Source: Octopus sinensis (Eukaryota). From it: a stretch of DNA of 64,000 bases. The stretch lies in contig NC_043016.1 in NCBI RefSeq assembly GCF_006345805.1, positions 22,196,001-22,260,000 on the forward strand. The letters run 5' to 3'. Each line of letters opens with the position of its first letter. Within the stretch, counting starts at the first letter, position 1. The notes under the pieces were generated by a model, which worked only from the letters and a program-made list of their open reading frames with translations, was not told the DNA's origin and made no database searches. The translations under genes were made by a program, and so were the position numbers. Positions 1 to 14,292 of this stretch are shown piece by piece.

Positions 1-6
1 ATATCA

Positions 7-51
<45 letters not shown>

Positions 52-733
52 TATATATATATTATATATATATATATACATACACATAGGCCGGTTACAA
101 AACACGATCATTGTATATACACACAAGAAATCCGTTTTTCTTACAGATATAGACATGTGCGCGTATGTATATGTACCACACACACATATAAGCCTGTATA
201 TTGCTATGCATACATATGTATATTTATGTATGTGCGTAATGTATATATATATATATATATATATTGTTATACATATATTGTATCTAGGACTACTTTACTC
301 TATGTGGCCTTCACATTTGTTTTGTTTTGGGTGAGTTTGGGGTTTTTTCTTACTGTAAAGTGTAATGAGGGCGATTTGGCTGCAACTTCTTATCTTGAAG
401 AGGCCCACGCAAAGGACCCCCTTCTTGTCTATTCATTCGCTGGGTTTATTTTATCTGGTTCAACCACCTCGTCCTATATGTGACAAGTTCAACTGTGTCA
501 CACACTAGTTGTTGTTTCATACCTAAGCATGAAGTCAGACATTTATGTGTCTATACATTAGTCACAAACCACTTATTTATTTTGCTTTAAAATTGTCAAA
601 ACTATCGGATCGGACGAGATAGGACCACCACCCACCGCTAGTGTATTTATAGCAGGTACTATGTACTATATATATATATATATATATAATTACATTATAG
701 TTCGTATATACATATTTATCTCTCTCTTTCTCT

Positions 734-765
<32 letters not shown>

Positions 766-899
766 TATATGTATATATATATATGTAATATATATTATAT
801 ATATATATATATAATATATGTGTATACATACATACACATTCATGTAAAGAGAGAGTCTTATATATATTACATTATTTATACACTTATATTGAGATATAT

Positions 900-950
<51 letters not shown>

Positions 951-1602
951 TATGTAATAGGTACGTATGTATGTATTATATATTGGTCTTGTAATAATGA
1001 AGTTTGCTTCACAAACACGTGAATCGAGATTCGATCCCACTGCTCGGCATTTTGTGTGTCATTCAATATTACCATCGTGTTGAAGATTCCTTAAAAGTTG
1101 AATTTTATAAACAGAAAGTATGCATAACCATATTTTTGGTCATTGCCATCCATCCATACACGCACGCTCGCAAACCGGTGCTGGTCGTGCTTATGTTGTG
1201 TCTTTTTTGTCCCGTAGTTTACTGGTTCGACCAAATAAGTAATTAATAAATAAATACCAGACTGAAAACCATAATGGGCTTCGTATTAATTAAACCCTGA
1301 AAAATCTCAGTATGGCTGCAATTGAATATATATATATATGCAAGTACGTAAAAATACACACACACATTTGTATAATGTTGATGACTCAAATCATTTCTTT
1401 GCTCGCTACTCAGAGTTTTGGTATCAATGCGTTTTCATTCAGACGTTATCGGAACACATATTTCCTCCAATATGCCTATCTTGGATGCATTGTGCGAAAC
1501 TCCAAGTCGCTAAGGGAGTGAGCCAGCAACGTTTAAGCAAATAAATAATTCTCTGCTACGTTGTGTGTGTGTGTATGTATGTATAATGTGTGTATGTATG
1601 TA

Positions 1603-1647
<45 letters not shown>

Positions 1648-1986
1648 CAAACACACACAAACATGTGTGTGTGTGTATGTTTTCTTCCTTCTGTTTAATA
1701 TTCTATCTATCCAATGTCCACATCTAGATTCATTTACATTCAGTGCGTCAAAGCGAATTATTTCAGTTGTGCTTTCTTATAGATCAATACTTCTAAAAAT
1801 TTCATTCATATTCATCTCATTGTTTGAAGATCTGCTTCTTTTTATTGTCGTCTGCTCTTCCAATTTTATCCCAAACAAGTCTCAAAGATATTAGTGGCTC
1901 CTCTACGTAGGGTTGATTTTCGTTCGACTCCCTGGAAATAACAGCAAATCTCCCTCGTATGAAAGGTACATTACAAAATGTGTACC

Positions 1987-2022
<36 letters not shown>

Positions 2023-2118
2023 CACACATACATACATACATGCATGTATGCACACAGCGTAACTAGAGTGTGTGCCGCCCAGGGCAGACCGCCCCCAAGC
2101 TAGGCTTGTGCGTGCATG

Positions 2119-2149
<31 letters not shown>

Positions 2150-2899
2150 ATAAGTATACATTTTGTAATGTGCACTTACCATTTTCTTAACTATAGTTGA
2201 TAGATAGACAGGTATTCACATGTACACGCATATATATATATATATATATATATTCTATATATAGATATACATCAAATAGTAAACACGAACGTGTACCTCA
2301 ATTCTTAAGGAGTCCCTAATTTAGACAGACAGATTTATATGAATTACTTGTGCTTTACAGTGTTTTGTTTAATGTTATACTTGTACTAAGGACATATATA
2401 TCTATGTCTTTTTGCCAACTCTTTCTAATATAGACAGGTGCAAACATCATGTCTTGGAGAGAAAAAACAGGATAACCTAAACTAATTTCAATCTGAGGTT
2501 AGGATTTCATTTGAGACTGAATGTAAATTGATCCATGAAATTATTGATAGCAGTTTTATAAACAGTGTCTCTATGGACAGTTAAAAAAGGTACACATTTG
2601 CTAATGAAATGCCAACAAAGCAGTGAGAGTGGTTGATGTATACAATAAGGTGTTTACATGCAGTTTTGCTTAAAACATACATATATATTCTTAGTACACT
2701 AAAGCATGAGATATATTCTTGTGCCTATGAAATATTAATCAATCAATCAGAACCATACCTTAGAGAGACAGAACATAAGCATACAGCAAGAGACAAAAAT
2801 CTCTTCTCTTTACAGTATCAACAAGTATCAGCTCATCTCAAAATTTCCACAATCTTTTTCTTCTTTGATGTTAACCTAACTTGCCCATATATATGTATA

Positions 2900-3760
2900 T
2901 ATCATCATCATCGTCATCATTTAACATTCTTTCATGCTAGCATGGGTGGGACAGTTAGACAGGAACTGGTAAGTCCAAGGACTACACCAAGCTCTATTGT
3001 CTGGCACCAGCACCAGTGAGGTCAACAAGTAACTTGCAAGACAAAGATCCCTCAACTAAGAGGGAGAGTAGTATTGAGTGAGACGGCTTTGTGTCAAGTG
3101 ATGAGAGGTTAAACTATGACAGAGAGACAGAAATAGGTGTCTTGCTGTAGAGGAAATACATGGTTACCCCAGTTGGATTGATAGAGATGGTGGTGATGTG
3201 CCCAGCGTACATCCAAGATGCAAGGAGGTGAATGTAAATGGAGTGGTAGAGAATTAGACAGGGTGCATGGGCAGGGAGTTCATGAGTGTGTAGAGGGTGA
3301 CAGGAGAGGTAAAGGGGAATGCAGTGAGTGGTGGAACCTGACTATCTAGTGGGTTACAGGATAGCAATGAAAAACTTGACAGCAAGAAGGATGAGAGAGA
3401 GAGATGACAGAGCAGCATGGGCTGTAGGAGTTGGGGAAGAGACATGCATAGTGCATGAAGAAGAGATGTAGTTTGGCTCATTGGGATGGGGGTGTGTGTG
3501 GATGTTGCATGTTGATGGAATACACAATCCTGGCTCTCACTACATCCCTTGTCTTCCAAAGTTTCCTTCTTCTACAAGTACCATCCATTTAGAGTGATTG
3601 GCACTTTTTATACAGCTATCATGTGCATCACATGTCCAGACCATCATAGCCTTCTCTCTTGCATGTTACATCTGATTCCTCTTATGCCCAACTTTACTCT
3701 CAGCACGTTTGTACTTTGTCATGCACACACATTTATATATATATACCACACACACACTGC
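2900..3760 (-). mobile_element. 3' end and 3'UTR of RTE-type LINE (degenerate)
   Basis: Reverse strand shows an RT C-terminal remnant (3560-3730), a low-complexity spacer and a ...CATGCTAGCATG...(GAT)n tail, as at 22862-24720 and 29855-31016. Confidence 0.6.
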
Positions 3761-3939
3761 CTAAACTCATGAGTTTGTAAGAGAGAAGTGTGTAGAGATG
3801 GATGATAATACAATTAGTGATTCTGAAAAGAAGGGACATAGTGGTGCTGCTATGAAAGGTTGCTAAACATGAAGAATGCACGAGAGAAAAAGAGTCTTCC
3901 TAATGTAGACCTAAGAGAGAGAGACCATCTATCGTAGTT

Positions 3940-5460
3940 AATAGCAGTATGGCAGATAAGGTATTTAAGGATATGAAGACGGGGAAAGTCCCTGATATAT
4001 CAGGAATTACTGCTGAAATGCTTAAAATAATTGGTAGAGTGGAATACAGCTTAAGTCTCCTGCATAAGTTATTAGATTGCCCAGGACATCATACGCAATG
4101 ACTTGTAAGCATTATAGTCAATTCCTATAAAGTTGCCTTAGACATAAGTAACTACAGAGGTATCAAATTATTGAACCTGGTCATGAAATATACAGAAAGG
4201 GTCGTCACACAACAAATTACAAAGAGAGTGAGCTTTGATGAGATGCAGTTTGGTTTTATGACAGGGAGAAGCATTACTGATCTTATCTTCTCAGTAAGAC
4301 AGCTTCAGGAGAAGCATTTAGCCAAAAATAAACTACTGTGCTGGCATTTGATGATGTGGAGAAAGGCTTCAACAGGGTCCCTCACTCTCTCATCTGGTGA
4401 TCAATGCAGAAGCTAGGGTTAGATGAATAGCTGCTGAGAGCCATCCAAGTCATGTACAGGGATGCTGTCATTAAGGTGAATGTCAACGAGTACTACAAGG
4501 AACTTAGTGTGTAGGTAAGAGTTCACCATGTCTCAGTTCTCAGCACCCCTTATCATAATCCCCCAGACTATAACAGCATAGTTTAAGACTGAGTGTCCAT
4601 GGTAGCTCCTCTAATAACCTTTTTCTTATAACTGAATCTGTAGCAGAATTCAGATCTGGAATTGAAGGACTTAAGAGTTAACCTTGCAAAGACCAAAGTC
4701 CTAGTAAACAGGAAAGCAGACAAATTACTTATCCATTCAGGAAAATGGCCCTGCACAATATGTAGAAAAAGTTGTTGGTAGAAATTCCATACAGTGTACC
4801 AAGTGCAAGCTAAGGACATATAAGAAGTGGAATTGCAGGATAGTTAATAGAGAAAATGGTCTTTGTGAGTGGCAGATGTGCAGGAACAATAAACACTAAT
4901 ATATGAGAAATAGATTTCTGCAAATACCCATGCAGATCCTTTGAGATAGTGGATAGTTTCTGTTGTCTAGGTGACCCAATTAGCATGGGGGAGGATGTTC
5001 TGCAAGCTTGGTCACTAGAATCGGACCTGACCAAGAAAAGTTCAGAGAGCTATTACTTTTGTTGGTAACAAAGAGCCTCTCCCTCAGAGTGAAAGGCTCA
5101 TGGTATGATGCTTGTGTATGAACAGCAATGTAGTGAAACACGGGCATGTGAAGGCTTGAAAGAAATGAGACCAGCATGCTCAGATGGATGTACTGTGTTA
5201 GTGTGCATATACAACTAAGTGTAAACGTGATGAAATAGAAATTAAGCACAAGAGGCATTAGATGTATGCAAGAGAGAAGGTTATACTGATATGGTCGTGT
5301 GATGCATATGAACGGGGATAGCTGCATAAAGAAGTATCGTTCCCTGAATATGGAAGGAACCTGTGGAAGAGGTAAGCCCAGGAAGATACAGAACGATGTG
5401 GCTAAAAATTACCTTTATATGTTGATCCTCACAGAGGAGATGATTGGCAATTTGCTGTTT
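3940..5460 (+). mobile_element. RTE-clade LINE reverse transcriptase, degenerate
   Basis: NYRGIKLL, MQFGFMTGRSITDLIFSVRQLQEKHLAK, VVDSFCCLGD-like and GTCGRGKPRK motifs, broken by stops and frameshifts. Confidence 0.9.
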
Positions 5461-5482
5461 ATCATTTAAATATATGAGTTTA

Positions 5483-5886
5483 CTCTTTTACTCTTTTACT
5501 TGTTTCAGTCATTTGACTGCGGCCATGCTGGAGCACCGCCTTTAGTCGAGCAACTCGACCCTGGGACTTATTCTTTGTAAGCCCAGTACTTATTCTATCG
5601 GTCTCTTTTTGCCGAACTGCTAAGTGACGGGGACATAAACACACCAGCATCAGTTGTCAAACAATGCTAGGGGGACAAACACAGACACACAAACACACAC
5701 ACATATATATATATACATATATACGACAGGCTTCTTTCAGTTTCCGTCTACCAAATCCACTCACAAGGCATTGGTCGGCCCGGGGCTATAGCAGAAGACA
5801 CTTGCCCAAGCTGCCACGCAGTAGGACTGAACCCGGAACCATGTGGTTGGTTAGCAAGCTACTTACCACACAGCCACTCCTGCGCC
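5483..5886 (-). mobile_element. tRNA-derived CORE-like SINE (family A)
   Basis: Reverse strand has a tRNA-like head (GGCTGTGTGGTAAG...GGTTCAGTCC), a TTGGGCAAGTGTCTT core, an internal microsatellite and a GTAAAAGAG repeat tail. Multiple copies occur in the window. Confidence 0.88.
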
Positions 5887-6962
5887 TATATGTCTAGATA
5901 TGCAACTATATGCATGAGAATACATACATAAAACATACAAATCTGAACATGCATGCATACATACATACAAACAAACAAAAATACCCTGTGGTTGATGTTG
6001 AAATTCCAATGAAGGAGACTTCAATCTAGGTTAGAAACCGGTTCTTTCTCTGCTGGCAAGAAATCTTGAAATGAACTTAATAATGACATACATATGTACT
6101 TATTAGAAACACAATTTTGTTCAAGTTTGTTTCTTTATTAGTCTTTTATATGTTTGGATTGGAAGAGTAAGGTTCCTGAAATCTATTGGTCTGACATTTT
6201 GAGACCTTCACAATATTATTTTCAAGTTAGTCTTTTAGAGAGTGTTAGTACATCAATAAGAAGGTGATATTTGTTTTCCTGATGATCTTTAACAATAATA
6301 TTTGGATGATGCTGCAGACTATTGTTACCTTATCTATCTCAGAAACATTTTGGTGTGTGTGTGTAAGTATGTGTATCACCTCTTTTTCGTTGGTACATCA
6401 CAGTTCTGACATAAGTTCCAATATATGAACACTCAAACATCATTGTGCCTCTCTGCATGCCTACATATACACATACTATGCCAATTTTTCTTCACAACTT
6501 GCGCAAATTTTACAGTTACTTTTTATACTTTTATGTAGTTTCTCTGGAAAGGCTTTGGTCTTGCACCTCAATCCTGCACTTCTCAGCCTGTGCTGAGTTT
6601 TTTTCTTTATTCACTTTCACTTTGGCCTATCTTGTCAGATATGTGACCTTTCAAATAAATTTGTGTACAGATGTTTCAGAGTAGCAAGTTCAATGTGATT
6701 GGATGGATTTACTCTACTAAATTACACATGTATGTATGTGAGATATATATATATATGTGTGTATGAAGTTATCTTTTACATATATTTCACATTATTTCAT
6801 TTCATTTATGTTTTTTCTTCTTGATGTAAAACCACCTGAATTTACAAATTGTCTTTGTTTCCATCTGTTGCCCTTGTGGCAAGAAAAGAAAATATTTTTA
6901 TCTTCATTTAAAACAAAAGAAATCATTACTTTTTTTTATTCTTCTTTGGTTAAAAAAAAAAG

Positions 6963-7325
6963 ATGGACGAACAGGCGTTGAACGAGCTACTGGAATGTTC
7001 CGTCTGCCTAGAGAGACTTGACCACACAAGCAAAGTGTTACCATGCCAACACATTTTGTCGCAGATGTCTCGAAGAGATAGTGAGCACAAAAAAGAGCTT
7101 CGATGTCCTGAATGTAGAACACTAGTTTCGTACCGTGTTGAGGACCTGCCATCTAACATTCTGCTAATAAGGTTACTGGAGGGTCTAAAAAATGCCAACC
7201 AGACAGCTTCTACGTCGACAGGACCTGCTCTAAGGTCTAAATCATCTTCATCATCAACTTCATCATCATCAGCATCTAGACGTCATGAAAGCCTTCCTGT
7301 TCTTGGATCCAATACAAAACGACAG
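6963..7325 (+). CDS. SH3RF1: POSH/SH3RF1-like E3 ligase, coding exon 1 (RING finger)
   Basis: [30 protein letters not shown]...[11 protein letters not shown]...[15 protein letters not shown] is the SH3RF/POSH N-terminal RING. Donor CAG|GTAACT at 7326, phase 0. Two compensating indels lie at 7047-7094. An invertebrate gene would be co-orthologous to SH3RF1/2/3. Confidence 0.95.
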
Positions 7326-8601
7326 GTAACTTTTTCCCCTCTTGTTGCTATTATTGTTATCTTCTTAATTTTTTTTTGTTTTGTTTTTTGGGTGTGTTGT
7401 GGTGAGATACAATGGATATTTTTTATAGAATTGAATACACACTACCACATGGTCTTTGGGTGCTTATATTTAGTTCACTTTCAGTGATAGGCTTAACACA
7501 AAGGAATTTAACACACATCAGCCAGGTCCTTGTGTAGAATGCCTAATAAACCATCTTGGCTTAAAACCAGTGCTTGGTGTCTGTCTATCTGTCTTTAGCA
7601 GAGTTCACTTTAAACATAACCCAGTTTAACATTACCATCTCTTCCTTGGGTGACTTTAATATTCACTAGTAGGCAGCCCAGATTATCACCTAGTATAAGG
7701 TGATGAGAGAACTCTTCCTGTTTACTTAACATACAGGAAATAGCCTTCAAATCGCCTCCAAATCACAGTCTGCTATAAAGAAAAATATGCATTAAATGAT
7801 GTTGCTGAGGGAGAGAAAGAGATAGACAAATAAAGACTGGAAACACAGAGATAGATATAGGGAGGACTTACATACTGCCCTGTTTAACACCACCTCAAAT
7901 ATCGAACTCCCCATACACATTTTTTTCCTACTAAATGTTCAAGTAAATATTCAAATTTGGTATCAATGGTATTAATGTCATGAATCTCTGGGGAGGGGTG
8001 GGAGAGCTTGCCGGCTTGCATGCACTGCCTTCTCACACACCCATGAAGGTGTGTGTGTGTGTGTGTATTATCATTGACCGTCCACTTTTCCATGCTTGCA
8101 TGGGTTAGACAGACTTTGCTGAGGCAGGTTTTCTACAGTCGGATGCCCTTCCTGTCCCCAATCCTCACCTGCTTCCAGCCAAGGTAATATTTTCCCATAG
8201 TCAGACATGTTTTTTGTGGAACACTAGAAAAAAAACAATGTGGTCATTTATAACCATCAGATGTCAAAAAAACTTATGCATATACACACACACAGATATA
8301 TATGAAGGGCTTCTTTCAGTTTCCAACTACCAAATCTATTCACAAGGCTATATATATATTTGCTGTGCTTGAGAAGACTTGTCAAGCCAAGTGAAATCGT
8401 AGTTGCGGATACTGCTGGTAACGCTTAAGTAGTACCCAATTCATTCTTGGGGTGGTTAGCATTAGGAAGGGCATCCAGCTGTACAAACCATGCCAAATCA
8501 GACTGGAACCTAGTCCAGCTCTCCAGCTTACCAGTTCCAGTTAAACCATCTGACCCATGCCAGTATGGAGGGTGGACTCGAGATGGTGGTGATGATAATG
8601 A

Positions 8602-8644
<43 letters not shown>

Positions 8645-8940
8645 TATATGCATGTACATACACATATACAAACACACCACATACACACATCTTGTTTTTC
8701 ATGCTAGTAATATAATCTTGGTCCAACCAATGCCTTGATGACATGCGAGTGGATTTGATAGATGGAGACAAATAAATCCATTGTATGTATATTACACACA
8801 CACACACACACACATACATGTTTATGTGTGTATATGCCTGTATATATATATATATATATATATATGTGCATGTGTCTATATGTATGTGTGTGTGTATTTA
8901 TATATATATATATATATAAATATACATATTATTTTAAATA

Positions 8941-10167
8941 TTGGGTCGTCCCATAAATAATGCGGGTTTTTTATGCTGCATTTTTTTATAAACAAAGTTC
9001 TTTTTTAATCTGAAATATACTCTCCTTCATTTTCTACAATGCTCTGGTAGACAATGCAAGGCCCCTCTTCCAAAATTCATTTGTCCACGATGAAGAATAC
9101 TCCTCCAGTACTGTTCTGACATCGTCTACAGAATTCATGTTTTTTGCATCCAAATTATTTTGAAGATTGCGGAATAAATGATAATCAGTTGGGGCAATGT
9201 CCGATGAATATGGTGGGTGGGACATTGTTTTCCTTCAAACTGATCGAGCCTTTAAAATATCATCCTCACTGTATGTTGCTGAGCATTATCCTGATGGAAG
9301 AACACCTTTCATCTTGAAACGGTCATTTTCCTTCCAGCATTGACTTAAGCTGCTTGCAGTAAAGCTCTTTTCTTATCATTTAGTTTAGGTTTAAAAGTTC
9401 AAAGTGGACTAAAACTTTCATATCCTACCAAACAGATAACAACATCTTACATTGATGAAGACCTTCTTTAGCTTAGGGTGCCGGTGTTTCTCCTTTCCCT
9501 ATCCACTGTCTTTGGTATTTGACAATTTTATAGAGAACCCATTTCTCATCACCAGTCACTATTCAGTCCAAAAACAGTTCATTCATGAGACATGACAGCA
9601 AAGAAGAGCACACATTCACTCTCTGTGTGCAATTAGACTTGGAAAGTTTATGAGGAAACCATTGACCCAATTTGCTGACTTTTCTAATGTTATGCTGGTA
9701 TCAATGAATGGTTGAATGACCAAATCCAAGCTTCTCTGCTAGTTCCTCAACAGTTACAGTGGGATTTTGTTCCACCAGGATCTGCAGGACATCCTTGTCA
9801 AGCTCTACAAATCTTCCATGATGAGGCTCATCTTCAAGGCTGTAGTTTCTTGGAATTTCTGGAATCACTATTGACACTGGCTTATGCTTATTGTCAAATT
9901 CCCATATTCTGCATTAATATTCCTCCACTTTCCATTGCATTGTTGCCTTTATTGAACTCATAAAGCAGAATATACTCGTTTGTCACTTCTATTATAGCTT
10001 TAAAAAAATAACTTAAAATCAAACTGCACTCTTCAAAACTTGCACTAAGAATAAGGAAAAGGGAAAATTACTACCTGGTTTTTATAGTAAGTTGATGCAG
10101 TTAGTTTATCCGTCTGACTTTTAGTTCATGCAATTGAAAAATTCGCATTATTTATGGGATGACCCAA
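8941..10167 (-). mobile_element. Decayed full-length mariner (DD34D-type) DNA transposon
   Basis: 24-bp TIRs TTGGGTCGTCCCATAAATAATGCG / CGCATTATTTATGGGATGACCCAA (1 mismatch) with TA on both sides. Minus-strand motifs VTGDEKW, FHQDNA and HPPYSSDIAPTDYHLF. The ORF is broken. Confidence 0.93.
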
Positions 10168-10184
10168 TATATCTATCTCTATGT

Positions 10185-10455
10185 GGAGGTGCAATGGCCC
10201 AGTGGTTAGGGCAGTGGACTCGCGGTTTTGATTCCCAGACTGGGCGTTGTGTGTGTTTATTGAGTGAAAGCACCTAAAATTCCGTGAGGCTCCAGCAGGG
10301 GGTGGTGGCGACCCCTGTTGTACTCTTTCGCCACAACTTTCTCTCACTCTTTCTTCCTGTTTGTTGGCATCCCATCCAGCTCGGGGGAACACATACGCCA
10401 CAGAAACCGGGCCCATGAGCCTGGCTAGGCTTGAAAAGGGTGCATAAATAAAAAA
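10185..10455 (+). mobile_element. tRNA-derived SINE (distinct family D)
   Basis: A-box-like TGGCCCAGTGGTTAG, degenerate B box, GC-rich body and A-rich tail. Only one copy in this window. Confidence 0.6.
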
Positions 10456-10754
10456 AAATATATATATATGTGCATGTGTATGTATACACATATATATGCA
10501 TATATATGTGTATATATATGCATGGGAAGTGGTTCATATATGTCTTACACGTCTTGACATATGCAAATTGATTGAAAACAAAGCTGCAATTCCTATAAAT
10601 GGTGTGTGCAGTTTTGTTTGCAATATTCCACAAAAATATGTTTGACCATTGAATTGTTCCTTCTTCAACAGATTAGAGGAAATAATACTTAGTTTGGAAA
10701 CAGGTGATGGTTGGTAGTAGAAAGCAGAAATATTCCTCAAAAACATTCATTTAA

Positions 10755-10956
10755 CCCTTTAGCATTCAGATTTCTTTATCAAATGTAATGCTTATTTATT
10801 CACATTGTTTTGATTAATCATGCGATATTTCAGTGGTGTGTTTGTATATTTTTAGAACAACATTGTAGAATAGGTATGAAAGGTTGGATCTGGTTAGTTT
10901 GAAGATAAAACAGGTAGAATATTTGGGTCACATATGAGCAGGTTAAATGCTAAGGG
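10755..10956. mobile_element. piggyBac-type MITE
   Basis: TTAA|CCCTTTAGCATT ... AATGCTAAGGG ends. A related inverted copy lies at about 35795-36010. Confidence 0.65.
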
Positions 10957-11805
10957 ATTATACCATACAAAAATGAACAAGTGGTTGTTAAAGTGGTGAT
11001 GATGATGACACATACCTATCTTATCTTTGTCTTTATCAATCAATTTTAATGATGTTACTCTTTTTATCTTGGCAAATTTTCAGTTTTAAAAAATATTTTT
11101 TGTTTTGCATTTTGGTTTGTTTACATGTATATGTGCTTTCACTGTATTTACTCATGTATAAGTCACATTATATTATACTTGATTTTACCTGAGATATATT
11201 GTTGTTTGACTTAAACACAAAATACAGTGTATGTATGTGTGCATATACACATCTATCTGTATTTGTGTGTGCGTTTGAAGGTGTACATGGTGTTTGAAAT
11301 TTTGATAATCCTTAAATTAAATTAATCAAATTTTAAGCACTTTGAAGATTTTCAGTATACCTACATACATATGTACACATACATATACACACAGACACAC
11401 ACACATACATATAATTAGTCTTGAGTAGCAAGTCAAGTTTTGTCTAACCGCTTCTAAAATATTTTCAACTAGCTGTTGAGCAAAAGTGAATTCTCTGTCA
11501 AAGCTAATTTTATAATAAATTTGACCCTATTGTGTGTATTGATAACCCACATCAGTAAATATGTAGTTTTTCTAAAATTTCTTCAAACTAACTATACCAA
11601 AATTAACGTGTATGTGTGTGTGTGAAATTTCCTTAGTCTGTGTGTTTCTATGTGCATATTAATTTTCAAATGATTGAAATAATTATATGTTCTTTAAACA
11701 ACGTTGAATTATTGAATATTACGCAAACTCCAGCATAATACACGCATGCGCACACACTACTTGTGTACAACTTAATTCAAATACGTGTGTTTTTCTCTAT
11801 TGTAG

Positions 11806-11849
11806 TTTGAAGCAAATGCATTATACAGCTATGAAGCCAAAGAATCTGG
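11806..11849 (+). CDS. SH3RF1: POSH exon 2 (start of SH3 #1)
   Basis: Pyrimidine tract and TGTAG acceptor, then FEANALYSYEAKES(G), then GG|GTAGTG. Phase 0 in, phase 2 out, matching both neighbours. Confidence 0.85.
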
Positions 11850-12299
11850 GTAGTGTATAAATTTCTTAATTTACTTGATGTTAACTATTATTTTTTCCCT
11901 TTGTTGTATTTTGTACATGTGTGTGTGTTTGTGTGACAAGAAGTTTACTTCCTGGCCACATGGTTCCTGGTTCAGTCCTACAGCATGACACCTTTGGTAA
12001 ATGTCTTCTACTATAAATTATTCACAGTGCTATTGAATCAAGGGTTTTATTTTACTACAAAGATTTTTGTTAAGCAGCATCAATTCTTAAAATTCTGTAA
12101 ATAGTATTTTATAAGCTTAAAGCTTATAAGCGATCACCACACAATGACTAAACAAAATAGTCTAATAATGGGGCATATAAGCCCTAGACAAAAGTTTGTT
12201 TGCATACAGTATGTTCAGCCTAAATTTGATAGTTTATCCCATCCAAACATAAAAGTATTTTAAAAAATCAAAAAATTATCAACTAGTGGGAGGTAGCAG

Positions 12300-12500
12300 T
12301 TTACTTAAAGTAGCTGCTCAAGACAGCTCTAGCACCTTGTGCATGCATTCCTCACTGTATCCCAGGGATGTTCTTCTTCATCTCGGCCATTGCTCGGCTT
12401 TGGTGTTGCAGGTAGAGTAGTTGGTATCTTTCTCGAGTCATTCCACATGTAGTAATCTACGTGATTACAGTTGGAGGAATTAGGAGGTCAGTTCCTCTCA
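12300..12500 (-). mobile_element. Tc1/mariner-superfamily transposase fragment
   Basis: Minus strand gives xPPNSSNCNHVDYYMW, resembling the WPPxSPDxNPxDYxxW motif. Confidence 0.55.
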
Positions 12501-14292
12501 TAAAGGCATAGTTCAACCTTAGGCTATGATAAAAAGACAATGCCTAAGATTCCATACAATGGAATCAAACCCAAGACCTCATGATTATAAAATGAACTTC
12601 TTAACCATTCAATCACTTCTCATTCTAAAAAAACATTTTCCTAAGTCAAGCATGTGAGCCCTAATACATACAAGCAGTATTCAACAATATTGACTTTTCT
12701 TAGTTAAAATTTTTTTCTGCTCTCTCTCTTCCCTCCCCCTGTCCCTCTTTTCTCCCTCTCTCTCAATATTGGAAATAATTGCTGCTTGTTTTAATGATAT
12801 TTTTGTTTCGTTATTTAATCTATATTTTCCATTTTTTATGTGCAAAGCTTTCATTCATCATTTGACTTTTTAAACTTAAAAATAATTTGTAAAATGGAAT
12901 TCCTCCATTCCACATATGTCACCATCAAACTTACATTGGTCAAATAACAATTTTCCAAGATGTGTAGGGTGGATATGGAGGTGCTTTGAAGCAAAACAAC
13001 CTAAATATAGGCTTCTTTGGCCTTCATTTGTGATTCAGATATTCATTAAAGAGTTTTGTGGGTAGTGAGACTTATAAATGTATAATATATTTGCATAGGT
13101 TTGTATTTGTGTGTGTATGCTTGTGTTTGTGAGTGTTGTGTGTAATCTGTTAATAGATTTATTTAGGCGCTTGTGTGTTTATGTGTATGTAAGATGTCAA
13201 CACAACTCTGTATTTTTGTATATGAAGTATAATGCGTTGACAGATGTTTATAGCACTGTATTTCTGTATGTGAAAGACAGAAAGTGAGTGAGTGTTTATG
13301 TTTGACTTATAATCTGTTAACAGATGTTCATTGTTCCAGTATACATATGTATTTGGAGTGTAATCTGTTGACATTCCACACTGTCTCTTTCTCTCACTTT
13401 CCCTTTCCCTCATCCTCTTTCACACTCTTTAATTTCCATATTCTTCATCCTTCACTGTATTAGGCTTGGCATGTACATACATTGAAAAAGAAGTGTTACT
13501 TCTCTGTAGTCATCTTGTACAAGTATCTGCAACCAAAATGCCTCTCGCAATGTTGTGCCAAGAATCTCTGTTTCGTGTTGTGAGGCTCTGTAGTTGAGTA
13601 ATATTCTTCCTCTATTTGAGTGTACAAGTGTCCAAAATATAGCATCCAATATGGCATGTTGCTTAGCATGATATAGTAGTGGTTTGCAAAACTTACCAGA
13701 ATTGAGTAGTAATAATCAAGATAGATGGAATGTGTCCATAAATCTTTTGTTTGATCTTATGATCATGCTATGTGATGTTTTAAGCTGTCATCCATCACGG
13801 AACCTTGACGTACCATCAAGGTGATCTTGAAGCTTTTTCTTCATTGTTTAGGTTTCAGCTCTATAACTGCACTCTACGCATGCCCTGAGGAAGACAAGCC
13901 AAGTTTGCTTTGAAATATTTGATTGATACTGAATTTTGAAGCTTTTTATAGGCATTCCAGGTTACTCAATTGTTTATAAGAATGTCAATCTTACTGTCAG
14001 CAACATAGGACCTAGCATACTTGGAATCACTAACCATCTCTTGAACTGTGTAACATCATTGGAATACATTGGCAGGTGACATCATTTGCATTGATGATCA
14101 TACTTTAATATCACTTGAGAATGCTGCGCCCAAGGCCAATACATTTCCCAATGCAAAGAAAACATGACTATTAGTTAAGTGTGTGTATGGTGTGTGTGTT
14201 TGTATATATATATGCATATATAACTACGTGGTACGACTCCAACAAATAGAATAGTGTTCAATCAGCTAAGAGAGCAAAGATAAAGTTATAAT

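Noticed and set aside
5820-5886. tRNA-like heads (also 10185, 20960, 51421, 56932)
   Set aside because: They continue into SINE bodies and do not form complete cloverleaves.
7326-7487. Hydrophobic C-terminal tail of ORF 6963-7487 resembling a transmembrane helix
   Set aside because: It is read-through into T-rich intron 1 past a good splice donor.
13450-14190. Possible old retroelement remnant
   Set aside because: No convincing motif could be read in any frame, so it is left unassigned.
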